A stretch of 64,000 nt of DNA from an uncultured Planctomycetota bacterium. GTDB taxonomy: Bacteria > Planctomycetota > Planctomycetia > Isosphaerales > Isosphaeraceae. The stretch is taken from the NCBI GenBank assembly GCA_963823665.1, contig CAWGMQ010000003.1:1664001-1728000 (forward strand). Reading direction: 5' to 3'. Both the position numbers and the translations under genes were made by a program. The notes under the pieces were generated by a model that made no database searches, had not been told where the DNA came from, and was given only the letters and a program-made list of their open reading frames with translations. Of the stretch, positions 27,071-38,655 are shown piece by piece. The first letter of the stretch is position 1. The number at the start of each line of letters is the position of its first letter.

Positions 27071-28320
27071 TCACGGGGTTATCCCGCCCAGGGCGACGAC
27101 AAGGTTGTCTGCGATCGCCGCGGATGGCGGCAAGGCGGTCAGGAACTTCGGTGATATGCCGGGAGCGGTGCCCGTGTTAACCAGCAGTCGCGACGCCCCG
27201 CTTATGTTGCCTTCCACGTACATCGGGTTGACGATGTTCGCGGCGACCAGGAACTCGCTGCCAGGGTTAATGACGACATTGCCCTGGATGAAGGTACCGA
27301 TCGCGCTTGGAGTGTTAACGGAAGTGATCGTGTTCTGGAGTTGGTTGAAGTTCAGCAGCAAGACGTTGCTGCCGGTCCCCGTTCCCTTGGGCGGCTGGTT
27401 GACCAATCCGAGGTTTCGGCCGATCGAGAACTGAGCGCCGCCCGAAAGCGTCAGGCTGCCGCCGACGTTGAGCAGGTTGAGGTCGCGACCGACGAAAATG
27501 CCCGTTCCGGCGCCGCTCAGGCTGGCGCTGTTGAGCACATCAAGCGTGTTCACGTCTCCTCCGGTCGTGATCGATGCACCAGGGAGAATGTTTGCGAAGG
27601 CAATCCGGTCGATCGCGCCGGTGCCCGGCGAAACCAAGGGCCCGGAGAGCGAAGCGTCCTGGAAGCCCAGAATCGCGCCGATCTCGCCGCTGTTGATCGT
27701 GATCTGCCCGACGTTCAGCACGTGGCCCCGGTTTGACTCGCCGTACGCGAAACTGTGCGCAAAGCCCTTCTTCTGGGGCAGACCGAGCGGGTTGATCGCG
27801 AGCTCCGTGTTCAGGGTCGAGCCGTCCACGATGATTCCGACGCGCCCGCCCGACATCGGATAAGCTCGAACGGTGCCGATCGGCTGCGGGTACCGGGCGT
27901 TCTGCTGGCTGACTTGCTCGGACGAGGTCTCGGGCTCGTTGAAGCTCCGCCTTGCCCGTTGGTGCCCTCCGCGATGTTCGTCGCCAAGGTGTTCGAGCTG
28001 TAATCCAATGTGATCATGTAATGCGAGCCGTCGGTCGCCGTCACCTCGACGTTCTGGCCGCCGCGTGCCGTCTGTATACCGACCGCATCAATCTTCTTGA
28101 AGCCCCGTCCGCGATTGAAGTAAGGAGCATCCCCGGCGAGGAACGGAGGCTGATTGACGTTATAGGCCGCACGCGGCTTGGTGTGCTTCAGCAAGCCATG
28201 CGCCACCTTGATCAATTTCACCGTGCGCGTCAGCAGAACACGCTCTTCCAGCCGGCCGTCCAGGGTCGGACGAAATGTGCGCGAAGTTGCCCGCCGGGCG
28301 CTCGTGCGCGAATCCTTCAT
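27071..28320 (-). CDS. Planctomycete-type exported protein (frameshift near 27930)
   Basis: FRPTLDGRLEERVLL leader joined to Gly/Asn-rich beta-helix-like C-part. Confidence 0.7.
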
Positions 28321-28650
28321 CTGACGATCCTCCTGATCGAAGACAACCGCGATGCCCGCGTATTCCGCCTGATTCCGACCGACCGCTATCCTGACGCGGA
28401 ACGTCGAAATCCGCCGCGGCCCCTCGCCTGCGCCGGGTGCTCTCCGTCGTCCAAGACGCGTCACTCCCGGTCAACTCCGGTTGCGTGGCCTTCCTCGCTG
28501 AATTTATCGGCGGCCGGAGCGGTCGGGCCGCGTCCTATCGAGACGTTCAATATGCCTCGAGTTCCTGGCTCGCGGCTTGTGGCGGATCGCGCGGCGGTGC
28601 AGATCGCGCCGGTAGGACCGGTTGTCCGGATTGCGCTGCCGCTGCGCCAA

Positions 28651-28989
28651 TCATCTGGGCGCCGTTCTGCGCGTTTTCGCAGACCACCCCGACAGCACCC
28701 ACACGTTTCGGAGTTGCTGGCGGCACTGCGCCGGCATGCTGTCTGAAAACTCAAGCGCGATGCGGCCGTCCTTCACAACGCCCCGCACCCAACCATCCTC
28801 GACCCCGTGACGCACGCAGACCTCGCGCGCCTCCTGGAGGAAAGCCGGCGTGACCGTTCCCTGCCCCACGCGCGGCTCGCCGTGAGCAATCTTGAGCACA
28901 AACGCCGCGCGACCACGAGACGCCGACCACAAGGCCCACAGTATCGCGGCGGCTAGCGCAAGTAAAAGTACACTCGGGAGCATGAACAT
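28651..28989 (-). CDS. DUF3634-like small membrane protein
   Basis: N-terminal TM then FVLKI...GTVTPAFL...LEFSDSMP..CRQQLRNVW. Confidence 0.65.
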   Translation of the reverse strand: MFMLPSVLLLALAAAILWALWSASRGRAAFVLKIAHGEPRVGQGTVTPAFLQEAREVCVRHGVEDGWVRGVVKDGRIALEFSDSMPAQCRQQLRNVWVLSGWSAKTRRTAPR

Positions 28990-29006
28990 CGCTTTCGGCC
29001 TGACCG

Positions 29007-30313
29007 TCAGAACAGGGCTCGGACGGCCTTTCCCCCGTCGACGATCCGGATCGGCCTGCCGATCGGAGACATCATCTCCTTCGAGCTGTCCACCTTAAGC
29101 GTATGACAGATCGAAGCGAGCAGGTCGGGAACGCTGACCGGGTGGTCTTTCACGTCGGTGCCATCCGCGTTGGACTCCCCGATAACCTGCCCCCCCTTGA
29201 CGCCGCCGCCGGCCAGGGCCACGTTGAACACCTTCGGGAAATGATCGCGGCCCGCATTCGGGTTGATCTTGGGGGTGCGGCCGAACTCACCCATCCAGAT
29301 GACCAGCGTGCTCTCGAGCATGCCGCGTTGCTTCAAGATCGGCGACCAGGGCCGCGAATGCCGGATCGACCTGCCGGGCGAGCTCGCCGACTTTCTCGTG
29401 GTTCTGTTGATGGGTGTCCCACCCGTTCGACCGCACCTCCACGAACGTCACGCCGGCCTGGACCAACCGCCGCGCAAGCAGGCAGCCTTGCCCGAACGGG
29501 CTGCGACCATACGCGTCGCGAAGCGGATCGGGCTCGTCATCGAGACTGAAGGCCCTCATGTTCGGCGAAAGGATCATCTTGGCGGTCTGATGATAGAGTG
29601 CCCGGTGGTCCTTCACTCGGTCGGCCCCGCCGGTGCGCTCGAAACCCGCGGCTTCCAGGCGATCGAGCAGGCCGATGCGACGCCGGAATCGATCGCCGCC
29701 GACTTTCGGCTCGGTATTCTCGGGCGGTCGCTCGGAATTCTGTACGACGAACGGCTCGAGAGCAGCTCCCAGGAAACCCGCTCCAATCGTGCCGCCGCCG
29801 ATGCTCACGATGTGCGGCAGCTCGAACTTGCTCTCGCCCAGCTCGCTGACGATCGAGCAGCCGATGTGCGGATGCTTGATCGTGGCAGAGGGCACGTAAC
29901 CCGTATGGAGCTGGTAGGTCGCGCGTTGGTGGTTGCCCTCTTTGTTGGTCATCGAGCGCACGAGCGCGATGTCCTTCATCGTCTTGGCGGTCTGGTCCCA
30001 GCCCTCGGCGATCGAAACACCCGGAATGGCCGTGGAGATGGCACGCGTCTCGCCCCCGTGCTGCGTGCCGGGCTTGGGATCAAACGTCTCGAGCTGGCTC
30101 GGGCCCCCAGCCATCCAGAGCAGGATGCACGCCCTCTGCTGTTTTCTCAGATCGTCGGCGTGAAGCGCCATCCAATCGGTGAAACTGACCGGGATTCCGG
30201 CCGAGATCGCCACGCCCGCCGTCCCCAGGCCGATCGTCTGCAGGAAATGCCGGCGACCGATCACGCCAGCACCAGATCATCGCCACGTGCACCATCTCTT
30301 TTTCCAGGGCCAT
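29007..30313 (-). CDS. DUF1501 domain protein (frameshifts)
   Basis: RRHFL Tat-like motif, LWMAGGPSQLETFDPKP, GWDTH, GEFGRTPKIN..GRDH. Confidence 0.9.
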
Positions 30314-30331
30314 GTCCGTTCCCCCTCTGGG

Positions 30332-32394
30332 CTAGCGCCGGGTCAGGAACTCGGTCGAGTTGATCAGGCTCCAGTAGATGTCTTCAAACGCTTCCGCAGG
30401 ATTTCCGACCGCCATCAGATACTTGCTACACACTTCAACTTCCTGAGTGGTGGGCTGGCGCGACAGCACCCGCATGTACAGCACGCTCAAGGCCGCGCGC
30501 GGGTTCGGCGCCACGCTCATGATCTCTGCCAGCACCGTGCCGGGCCGGGCCTGAATGTGGCCGCTCACCACCGGGCCGTTCATGAGCCACAGCGCCTGCG
30601 GGATCGTGCCCACGACGTCTTCATTGGGAACCGACGGATCGAGCCCGAAGAGTCGATCAAACAGCAGCCGCTGGCCGCCTGGGCGCTTGGCGACGGCAGG
30701 CTTCTTGCCGGTCTGGGAAGCGAGTCCCAGTGCCTCGGCCGTCTTCTTCGCGTTCCCCTTGGTCACTCCCTGCGCTGCCAGTCTCCTGGGATCGGCCCCG
30801 CCAGGAAAGCCTCCACCCTTGAGACTGGCCTGCGCGACCCGCACCTGGGCGTTCGGGCCCGCTCGACCTCGGCCGCCGTTGCCGCCGCCCGGTGCCAGAT
30901 TGCCGTTGGCATCCAAGGATAACGCCAGGGCATGGACCAGCGCGTCAAACACCTGATCGGCACGATACCGGCTCGCGCAGCTCGAAGCAAACGGCGTTTT
31001 GCCTGCCGCGTTGTACGTTGAGCGCACCCGGCGCTGATAGGCGTCCGTGTTGAGAATCGTCCGGAACAGCCACCGGATGTCGTATCCCCCCTTCTGCCAT
31101 TGCGTGGCCAGCGGCTCGAGCACCTCGGGCGCCCTGCGCCGTGCGCTCGGGCCCGATGTCGTCAATCGGCTCGTAGAAAGCCTCTCCCATGAGCACATAC
31201 CAGACCCGGTTGATGTAGGCCTTTGCAAACCACGGATTGTCCTGGCCCGTGATGTACGAGGCCGCCAGCGCTCGCCGCTCTTTCACCGCGAGCCCCTCCG
31301 GCAGGGCCGGTGTCGCCCCCGCTTTCGAGCTCGCCAGGAAGAACTTGGGCGCGATCGGAATCTGTTTCTGAGGATTGTCGAGCTCCGGCATCGTGTACCG
31401 CCGCTGGCCGCCGGCAACGACGATCTCGAAAACAGCCTGCTCGCCCGGGCTCGCCTTCACTGCTTGATTCTGTTTTGTACCGGCGAAAAAGGCTGCGAAT
31501 TCATGGAACTGACGCCGTTTCCACGCGTCGGTCTTGTGGTCATGACACTGCGCACACTGGATCTGAACCCCCATGAAAATCCGGGAAGCCTCACCCGCCA
31601 TCTCCACCGGACCGCGCCTCGTGCGCCAGCGAGAACGCCACCGCTCCGTTCTCGTCGTTCCGCCCGGTCGCGGTGATCATGCCCGCCACGATCGTGTCCC
31701 AGGGCGTGTTCGCCTGGAACCTCTTGGCCAGCCAGTCTTCAAGTGCGTCGAACCGAACCCGGTCCAGATTCTCGTTGGTCGCGTGAAAACTGATCACGTC
31801 GCGCCAGTAGTTCGCCCAGTTGCGGGCGTACTCCGCGCTCGCGAGCAACCCATCGATGAGCCGGGCGCGCTTGTCTTTTGTATGGTCGTGAAGAAACGCC
31901 TCAACCTGAACCGGCGTGGGTGGGTGCCCGATCACGTCGAAATAGATCCGGCGCACGAACTCGATGTCCGTGGTCGGGGTCGCCGGCTCGACCTTGGGCG
32001 CCGTCGACGTGAGGAACTGCTTGATCAGCCCATCAACGTCAGCCGAAGTCAAGGAAGGCGCCGCAACCACCCGCTCCGGCCGCGGTGGCAAAGGCCCCTT
32101 GGGCCCTTCCCCCGCATCCGAGTCTCCTCGATTCTGCTTCCTCGCCGCTTTCGCCTTCGCTTGCGCCTTCTTTCGTGCTTCACCGCCCTCGGCCTGTTTT
32201 CCTTGCGCACCGCGTTTCTTGTCTGCGGCCCTGGGCGGCGCCTTGCCGTCGTCTTGCGGCGAAGGCTCGAATGACATCACAACCGTGCTAGAAGCCAGCA
32301 CCATGCCGGCACACGCACTCGCCACCAACCCGCGCACGATAGGTCGGAACCCAATCCACCCGGGGCCACACTCGCTGGTGCGTGTGCAAGTCAT
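30332..32394 (-). CDS. DUF1549/DUF1553 domain protein (frameshifts near 31610 and 31140)
   Basis: FVRRIYFDVIG, CAQCHDH, NPWFAKAYINRVW, WSLINSTEF. Confidence 0.9.
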
Positions 32395-32658
32395 GAAGAT
32401 TCCCTCATCCTCGACCAACGCTTTCATTCTAGAATAGCTCTACCAAATTGAACCCACCACTGCCCCGGAAGTTTCGAAAGTTTGACCGACCGTCGCTCGG
32501 CACGCCTTTTGCCCCCCAGATCTCAAGACGATTCAACTACATTGTGGTACGATGCATTTGGGCAAATCGTGTCACGCATCATGGTGAATCGACCAAAGGC
32601 GGCGGAAATTCTCAGATCGCGCATCAGGCGCGAATCGAACACCCAAAGGAGCACAGCC

Positions 32659-33576
32659 ATGTTGGGCGAACCGCGTCGTATCGGTGGAAAGCTTTCCTTG
32701 GTGGTCTTAAGCCTGGCCCTCACGATTTGGCTCGCCGGCGGCGTGACAGCATTCGCTCACGGTGGGGGCGGCGGTGGCGGCGGCGGGCACGGCGGTGGCG
32801 GTGGATTCGGTGGTGGTCACATGGGCGGGTTCGGCGGCGGGTTCGGCGGGTTCGGCGGCGGATACGGTGGCTTTGGCCGCGGCATCGGATATGGCGGATA
32901 TGGCGGATTCGGCGGACTCGGGCGGTTCGGTTATGGTGGATTCGGATACGGCGGATTCGGTTGGGGATATCCGTGGTACGGTTATGGGTTGGGCGGTTAC
33001 GGGTTAGGTTACGGGTACGGGGGTTACGGCTTGGGCGGCTACGGCTTGGGCGGCTACGGCTTGGGCGGCTACGGCTTGGGCGGCTACGGAATGGGCGGCT
33101 ACGGAATGGGCGGCTACGGAATGGGCGGCTACGGAATGGGCGGCTACGGAATGGGCGGCTATGGGTACCCTTACTACGGAAGCGGATACGGCTATCCTTC
33201 TTACGGGTACGGTGTCGCTTCGGCATATCCTGCCGCCGGCGCCGGCTTCAGCTATTCGCCAGCATACGTCGCGCCGGGTCAGGCGGCGTCTCCCGGCGTG
33301 GTGAACGGCCGTAGGATCCTGGGAATCGACGAAGAGCCGGTCGTGCTCTCCGACGGTCGCAAGGCGATGAAAATCACGAACGTTTACACGGACACCGGTG
33401 CCGCAAAGGCTGGGCTTCAGGTGGGCGACGTGCTGATTTCGGCCAACGGCTACCTCACCGAACAGCGCGGCAATCTGGCCTGGATCATCGCCAAAGCGAC
33501 CCCGGGGACCGAGCTGAAATTGGTTGTCCGCACCGTGAAAGACGGCAAGGACCACACCGTCATGGCCACGATCTGA
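32659..33576 (+). CDS. Exported Gly/Tyr-rich protein with C-terminal PDZ domain
   Basis: SD AAGGAG, signal peptide, GGYG repeats, AAKAGLQVGDVLISANG. Confidence 0.85.
   Translation: MLGEPRRIGGKLSLVVLSLALTIWLAGGVTAFAHGGGGGGGGGHGGGGGFGGGHMGGFGGGFGGFGGGYGGFGRGIGYGGYGGFGGLGRFGYGGFGYGGFGWGYPWYGYGLGGYGLGYGYGGYGLGGYGLGGYGLGGYGLGGYGMGGYGMGGYGMGGYGMGGYGMGGYGYPYYGSGYGYPSYGYGVASAYPAAGAGFSYSPAYVAPGQAASPGVVNGRRILGIDEEPVVLSDGRKAMKITNVYTDTGAAKAGLQVGDVLISANGYLTEQRGNLAWIIAKATPGTELKLVVRTVKDGKDHTVMATI
33019..33165 (+). repeat. Coding 15-bp tandem repeat (GGYGL / GGYGM)
   Basis: GGCGGCTACGGCTTG x3 and GGCGGCTACGGAATG x5 plus degenerate flanking units. Confidence 0.95.
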
Positions 33577-33589
33577 GAGCACAAGCGTT

Positions 33590-33614
33590 GGGCGCGGGTC
33601 TCCCGACCCCGCCC
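33590..33614. terminator. GC-rich hairpin between convergent genes (terminator or REP-like)
   Basis: GGGCGCGGGTC-TCCC-GACCCCGCCC. Confidence 0.4.
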
Positions 33615-33675
33615 GCAGCTCTCCAGCCGCGCGGGCCCGATAACGAGACGGGGTGCGCCCGCCCGCCAGGATCGC

Positions 33676-34023
33676 TCAGCCCCCAGACCAATCCATGATG
33701 AGGAACATCACGCCCAGAACGATCAGGCTGACGACGGCGAGCATCCCGCTCGGCATGAATTTCCGGGTTTTGGCCGCGTACCGATAAGCGAATAGGATGA
33801 ACAAGCTGATCGACAGGATCATCCCCAGCGCGATGCCCATGTTCCGATTCTTGTCGGCGAGTGAAAGCCCCACCGCCGCGAACGCAACCAGAGCGCTCAC
33901 CAAGCCGGCGATCAACGACGACCGGCTCCCCGCCTTCACGAAACCGATAATGCCTCCGACTCCCAGCAGCAGAGCATAAATCCCCAAGGTAATCGGCGCG
34001 ATCAGCGGGTTCGGTCCGAGCAT
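33676..34023 (-). CDS. TMEM14 family membrane protein
   Basis: YALLLGVGGIIGFVKAGSRSSLIAG...KFMPSG. Confidence 0.85.
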   Translation of the reverse strand: MLGPNPLIAPITLGIYALLLGVGGIIGFVKAGSRSSLIAGLVSALVAFAAVGLSLADKNRNMGIALGMILSISLFILFAYRYAAKTRKFMPSGMLAVVSLIVLGVMFLIMDWSGG

Positions 34024-34197
34024 CAGGTGGTTCTCCGGTGCACGTGTGCAGGATTCACTCTAGGGATCACGCAGCCGAACGTCAACGCGGCCGTTCGAAA
34101 ACAGCACGGCGAGAAGGGCGGCGCTTGCTCGCGCCTCCGCTCTCGCCGTGATCGTTGTGGTCGTCGCGACCGAATCAAGCGACCAAGCCGCTCGGAA

Positions 34198-34686
34198 TTA
34201 CTCCGGTTTCGCAGGTGGTGGCACTTCTCCCGGCGCCGGGGCGGCGGGAACAGGGGGCACTTGCGGCGGCGGAACAGCCCCGCCAGGCACTTCGGCGCCC
34301 GGCATTGCACCGGGAGCGCCCGGTGGCACCGTTTCTGGCATTGTGTTGATGTTCTGGATGCGGCCACCCCGTTGTATCGTTCCTTGCGTCGGGTCGATCG
34401 CACCACCACCGACCGGCCCCCCTCCCACCGGCGGAGGCGGCTCGATCCCCATCGCCCGCATCCGGGCTCGCTGCGTCGCCGCCTGCGAGTTCGCCCACGG
34501 GAAGTCAGGCCCCGATGGGAAATACTGGACGTCGTCGTGCATGTACCGGCCCGAGGGCAACGTCATCCCTGCGTATTCCACCTGGCAGCCGACCGAAGGC
34601 AATATCGTGCCGATCGCCAAGGCCGACCAAAGCGCCACGCGCCGCCTCGTGGACCCTCGCGGCGATCTCATCCGGGGCAAAACCAT
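34198..34686 (-). CDS. Planctomycete-type lipoprotein with Pro-rich tail
   Basis: SVGCQVEYAGMTLPSGRYMHDDVQYFPSGPDFP. Confidence 0.75.
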   Translation of the reverse strand: MVLPRMRSPRGSTRRRVALWSALAIGTILPSVGCQVEYAGMTLPSGRYMHDDVQYFPSGPDFPWANSQAATQRARMRAMGIEPPPPVGGGPVGGGAIDPTQGTIQRGGRIQNINTMPETVPPGAPGAMPGAEVPGGAVPPPQVPPVPAAPAPGEVPPPAKPE

Positions 34687-34756
34687 CGCTTCCACCCTCC
34701 TTGGCGTCTCCGGCGTTCTCACCCTCATTCTCGAGGGAACCAAACCGCCGTCGGGA

Positions 34757-34908
34757 GTCCATTCCTCGTCCCGCCACCCCGAGTCTGCTGGCCATCGTTG
34801 GTCAGGCTCTCCGCCTGACACGCCTCTGGTCCATTCCTCGCCCCGCCAGCACGAGACTGTTGGCCATCGAACGTCAGGCTCCAGCCCGACGCTCCTCCGG
34901 TCCATTCC
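34757..34908. repeat. Degenerate tandem repeat, period about 72 bp
   Basis: GTCCATTCC at 34757, 34829 and 34900 with aligned TGGCCATCG and GTCAGGCT blocks. Confidence 0.8.
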
Positions 34909-35193
34909 ACTCTCCGGCCGTGTTCAATCCACCTTCGGGCGCGGTCGTCGGGTTATTTACTCGCTTAAGGAATCGGCCGATTCGACCGTTTTGGACCAAT
35001 GATTCCTCTCGATTCCAAGAAATGTCTCTTGACGGTCGCAACGCGCCCACCACCAACCAACCCGACCCCGGCGTCGCATGGAACGATGCATGAAACCATC
35101 GATTCAGTTCCGATTTCACGGTATCCGCCCCGTACTCGGCGAGCGGCCCTGGTAGAATTCATCGTCAATGTAAACCGGAAACCGAGAGTGACC

Positions 35194-36084
35194 ATGCGTC
35201 TGGACAAGCGGATCGCTGTGGAGTTCGGCCTTTCGCGGAGAGCAAGCACGATCGCCGTCCAGCGCGGGCACGTCGATGTCGCCGGCCACACCTGCCTTGA
35301 CCCCGCCCGCGACATTGAGCCGATCACTCCGGTGACCTATCATCCCAGCCGCCCCAGACCTGAGACGATCGCGCGGCGGCTTCGTGTCCTTTTCGAGGAT
35401 CGCGATATCCTCATCGTCGACAAGCCCGCCGGTCTCTTGACCCAGCCCACCCCTGATCGCGAGCGCGACACGCTCCTTGAGCGCGCCGGCCGCTATCTCT
35501 CGCAGAAACGCGGCCTCGCTAGCCCCTACGTCGGCATCGTTCACCGGATCGACAAGCTGACTTCCGGCGTGATCCTCCTGGTCTGCTCACCCAGAGCGCT
35601 CCGGCCGTTTCAGGGCCTGTTTCGCTCGCATGCCATCGAGCGCTCGTATCTCGCCGTGGTCGACGGCGTCGTCCAATCGGCCAGGGGAACGATTGACCGG
35701 CCTCTCGTGGCCGACCGCGGCGACGGCCGCCGCGGCATCGCACACAGCGCGGAGCACGGCGTTCCGGCAATCACGCACTACGAGGTGATCGAACACTTCG
35801 GCCTCCGGGGCAGCCTGCTCACCTGCCGCCTCGAAACCGGGCGCACCCACCAGATCCGGATCCATCTCGCCGAGATCGGCCATCCGGTCGTGGGTGATCC
35901 CATCTACGGACGCAAAGCATCGAGCCGCTTCCCCGCCCCTCTCCCCCGCCAGGCACTTCACGCCCAGGCACTTGGATTCGTGCACCCGATGACCGGCCAA
36001 GCCCTGCGCGTCGAGGCTCCGCTGCCAACCGACATGAAGGACCTCATCGCAGGCCTGCGCGAGCAATTCGGATCGCAACGGTGA
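35194..36084 (+). CDS. RluA/RluD family pseudouridine synthase
   Basis: S4-like MRLDK, VDKPAGL, VHRIDKLTSG, ETGRTHQIR, RQALHA. Confidence 0.93.
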   Translation: MRLDKRIAVEFGLSRRASTIAVQRGHVDVAGHTCLDPARDIEPITPVTYHPSRPRPETIARRLRVLFEDRDILIVDKPAGLLTQPTPDRERDTLLERAGRYLSQKRGLASPYVGIVHRIDKLTSGVILLVCSPRALRPFQGLFRSHAIERSYLAVVDGVVQSARGTIDRPLVADRGDGRRGIAHSAEHGVPAITHYEVIEHFGLRGSLLTCRLETGRTHQIRIHLAEIGHPVVGDPIYGRKASSRFPAPLPRQALHAQALGFVHPMTGQALRVEAPLPTDMKDLIAGLREQFGSQR

Positions 36085-36097
36085 CGGAATGGACCGT

Positions 36098-36661
36098 TCA
36101 CTCGAAGAATCGACTGACTCGGACGCGGAAGTCACCGAGCACGTCTGGAATGGTTAGCTCCTCGTCGGCGCCTAGTAAACGAGTCATCCCGTCGGCTCGA
36201 TAGAGTTGTGCCATCCGCCGCTGATCGTCGAGCACGAGCACGACGATGGTGCCCGCATCGAGATACTCCGCAACCTTTCCCAGAACCTTCGGCCATCGGT
36301 CGCTGGGCGACCAGACCTCGACAACCAGGTCGGGTGCGACATCCAGGTAGCGGTCAGGCAGAGGGCCCTTGGGAACGCGGGCATAACTGTAGAAGGAGAT
36401 GTCAGCTCCTCGCACCGTGTCGGGACCGCGCTCAGTAATCACGCCCGTGCCGTTGCAGAAGACGCGACCTAGATCGCGCTCCTCGGCGTAATTCCCCAGG
36501 ATTCGTCCAGCTTTGTTGCAGATTTCGCCATGTCTCGGCTTGGGCATCGGCATCGGCACGATCCTTCCTCGAACAAGCTCCTCGGGATACCCAGGATCGG
36601 GCCGGGCGGCGAATTCTTCCGCGGTCATGAACGTTGGTGACGTCAGAGATGCGGTGGACAT
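36098..36661 (-). CDS. Uma2 family endonuclease
   Basis: ELVRGRIV, PDTVRGADISF, PDLVVEV.SP. Confidence 0.92.
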   Translation of the reverse strand: MSTASLTSPTFMTAEEFAARPDPGYPEELVRGRIVPMPMPKPRHGEICNKAGRILGNYAEERDLGRVFCNGTGVITERGPDTVRGADISFYSYARVPKGPLPDRYLDVAPDLVVEVWSPSDRWPKVLGKVAEYLDAGTIVVLVLDDQRRMAQLYRADGMTRLLGADEELTIPDVLGDFRVRVSRFFE

Positions 36662-36730
36662 GGCAACCTCCTGGATCGGTCTTCGTTTCGTTCATGACCG
36701 CATTCGAGCCAGGTGCTGAACACGCGGGAC

Positions 36731-37660
36731 CTACCTCGCCCCCGGTATCTGGTAAGCACCGACGATGACCGTCACATTGTCGGTTCCTCCGCGCAGCAGG
36801 GCTTCCTCGAGCAGGGCCCCGGCTGCGTCCTTCGGCTTTTCGTGGTTGAGCATGATCTCGGCGATCCCGGCGTCGTCGACCATGTCGGTCAAGCCGTCGC
36901 TGCATAAGAGGAGCCGGTCGCCGTCGGCAATACGCAGCCAGCGGACGTCGCCCTTGACCTTCCCGGAATGCCCCCCCAGGAAATTGGTGAGGACGTGCCG
37001 CTTCCGATGGTGGCGAACTTCCTCCGGTGCAATGTAGCCTGCGTCGGCCATCGCCTGGGCAACCGTATGGTCCTTCGTCAAAAGCTGCAAATGACCTTTT
37101 CTGAAGAGATAAGCACGTGAGTCGCCCAGGTGGATGATGAACAGGTCAACGCCCGCGCTGTACGCGACCGTGAGTGTCGTGCCCATCCCGAACAGCCGGT
37201 GGTCGCCCTCGCTCTTCTTGGTGATCGCTTCATCGATCGCCTTAACGTGGTCCCTGACTCGCGCGAAGAACTCGCGCGCTTCTTTCTTGTTGATCTGGAA
37301 GCCCCATTTGGGCGAGTGATTCACCAGTTTGAGCGCGGTCGTGATCGCCAGCCGGCTCGCCACTTCGCCGGCCGCCATACCCCCCATTCCGTCGGCAATG
37401 ATCATCGTGTAGCCGTCATCCTCATACCGGGTGGGAAGGTGACTGTCAATGACGTTGGTGCCAAGCACCTCATGGTTGCGGCTGACCTTCGAGACCAGAT
37501 AATGATCCTCGTTCTTGACACGCACCTTGCCGGGATCGCTCACCGCCGCAAAATCAAAGCCGACGACCGACGTCGGTGGCTTGAACTGGCCGGTCTCGAA
37601 CGCCGACGGCGAAATCGATATCTCGTAGTCCGTCGTTTCCATATCCAGGGAGAAAGCCAT
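36731..37660 (-). CDS. PP2C-family Ser/Thr phosphatase
   Basis: NEDH, IADGMGG, GTT, GDSRAY, LCSDGL, DNVT. Confidence 0.93.
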   Translation of the reverse strand: MAFSLDMETTDYEISISPSAFETGQFKPPTSVVGFDFAAVSDPGKVRVKNEDHYLVSKVSRNHEVLGTNVIDSHLPTRYEDDGYTMIIADGMGGMAAGEVASRLAITTALKLVNHSPKWGFQINKKEAREFFARVRDHVKAIDEAITKKSEGDHRLFGMGTTLTVAYSAGVDLFIIHLGDSRAYLFRKGHLQLLTKDHTVAQAMADAGYIAPEEVRHHRKRHVLTNFLGGHSGKVKGDVRWLRIADGDRLLLCSDGLTDMVDDAGIAEIMLNHEKPKDAAGALLEEALLRGGTDNVTVIVGAYQIPGAR

Positions 37661-37689
37661 CGGGGTTCGCTCCGAATCGTGAACAAGTG

Positions 37690-38617
37690 TTAGTTCGGGC
37701 GATCCTTCGCCGATTTTTCACCGGCCCCCGCGGCTTTCTCCTTCGTCGTTTCACCCGGAGTGCCCTTCCCCTGCTCGTCGCGCTTCGAGGCCTCGGCCGG
37801 CTTCTCAAAAATGATCACGTGCTGCCACGGCAGAAACTCGAGCGACTCCTTGAACGTGAAGCCCTGGGGCTCGACCTCAAGTCGCACTTGCTTGAGCGTC
37901 ATCTTGTGCTCGGGCTTGATCGGGACGTTTTCATCCTCCCCCCGGAATTCGACAAGCACGAGCCGTCCCTTGGGTTTGAGCGCACTGAAGAGCCCCTTCA
38001 AGCGTGATCTCCGGGTTTGTGCACTCATGATAGACGTCAACCATCAGGATGAGGTCAACCGCACCGGCCGGCAGCTTGGTGTCGAGCTGGGTGGCGCGGA
38101 TGGGCTTGATATTCGTCACCCTGGCCTCGCGCGCATTCCGCTGAAGCATCACCAGCATTTCCGGCTGCAAGTCAGTGGCGAGAACCACTCCCGTGGGGCC
38201 GACTCGTCGCGCCAGGCGGAGGCTGTGATAGCCCGCGCCGGCGCCGACGTCGGCCACGGTCGCGCCCTTGGATATCTTGAGCGCATCGAGCATGGCTTCG
38301 GGCTGCTCTTCCTCGACGCGCGTCTCGCGAAACAGCCAGTCGACCCCCTCCCACGACATCACGTCCGCGATCTGCCGGCCCATGTAAAAGCCGGGTTCGT
38401 CGCGCCGCGACTTCGCCTGCCTGGTGCGCGTGCCTTTGGATCTGGACTTCGCCTTGGATTTCGCCTTTGCGTCGTCGGAATCTTGCCCCGTCTTCTCGTC
38501 GGCCTTCGGCTGACTCTCCTGCTTTGCCTGGGGAGGCTCTGGCGCTGCCGTCTGGGCAAGGAGAGGATGTCCAGCAGCGGCGATCATCAGTCCCAGCAAG
38601 ACGGGCACCAGGCTCAT
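37690..38617 (-). CDS. Class I SAM-dependent methyltransferase with signal peptide (frameshift near 38000)
   Basis: [33 protein letters not shown]. Confidence 0.85.
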
Positions 38618-38655
38618 TCGAGGCAGAGAGCTTTCAGGCGACCATGGTTTCGTCC

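Noticed and set aside
33019..33165. 15-bp tandem repeat as CRISPR or iteron array
   Set aside because: No spacers; it is an in-frame coding GGYG(L/M) repeat
34801..34819. GTCAGGC...GCCTGAC as an attC outside the array
   Set aside because: Cores are in the reverse order, only 5 nt apart and lack L boxes; a simple hairpin
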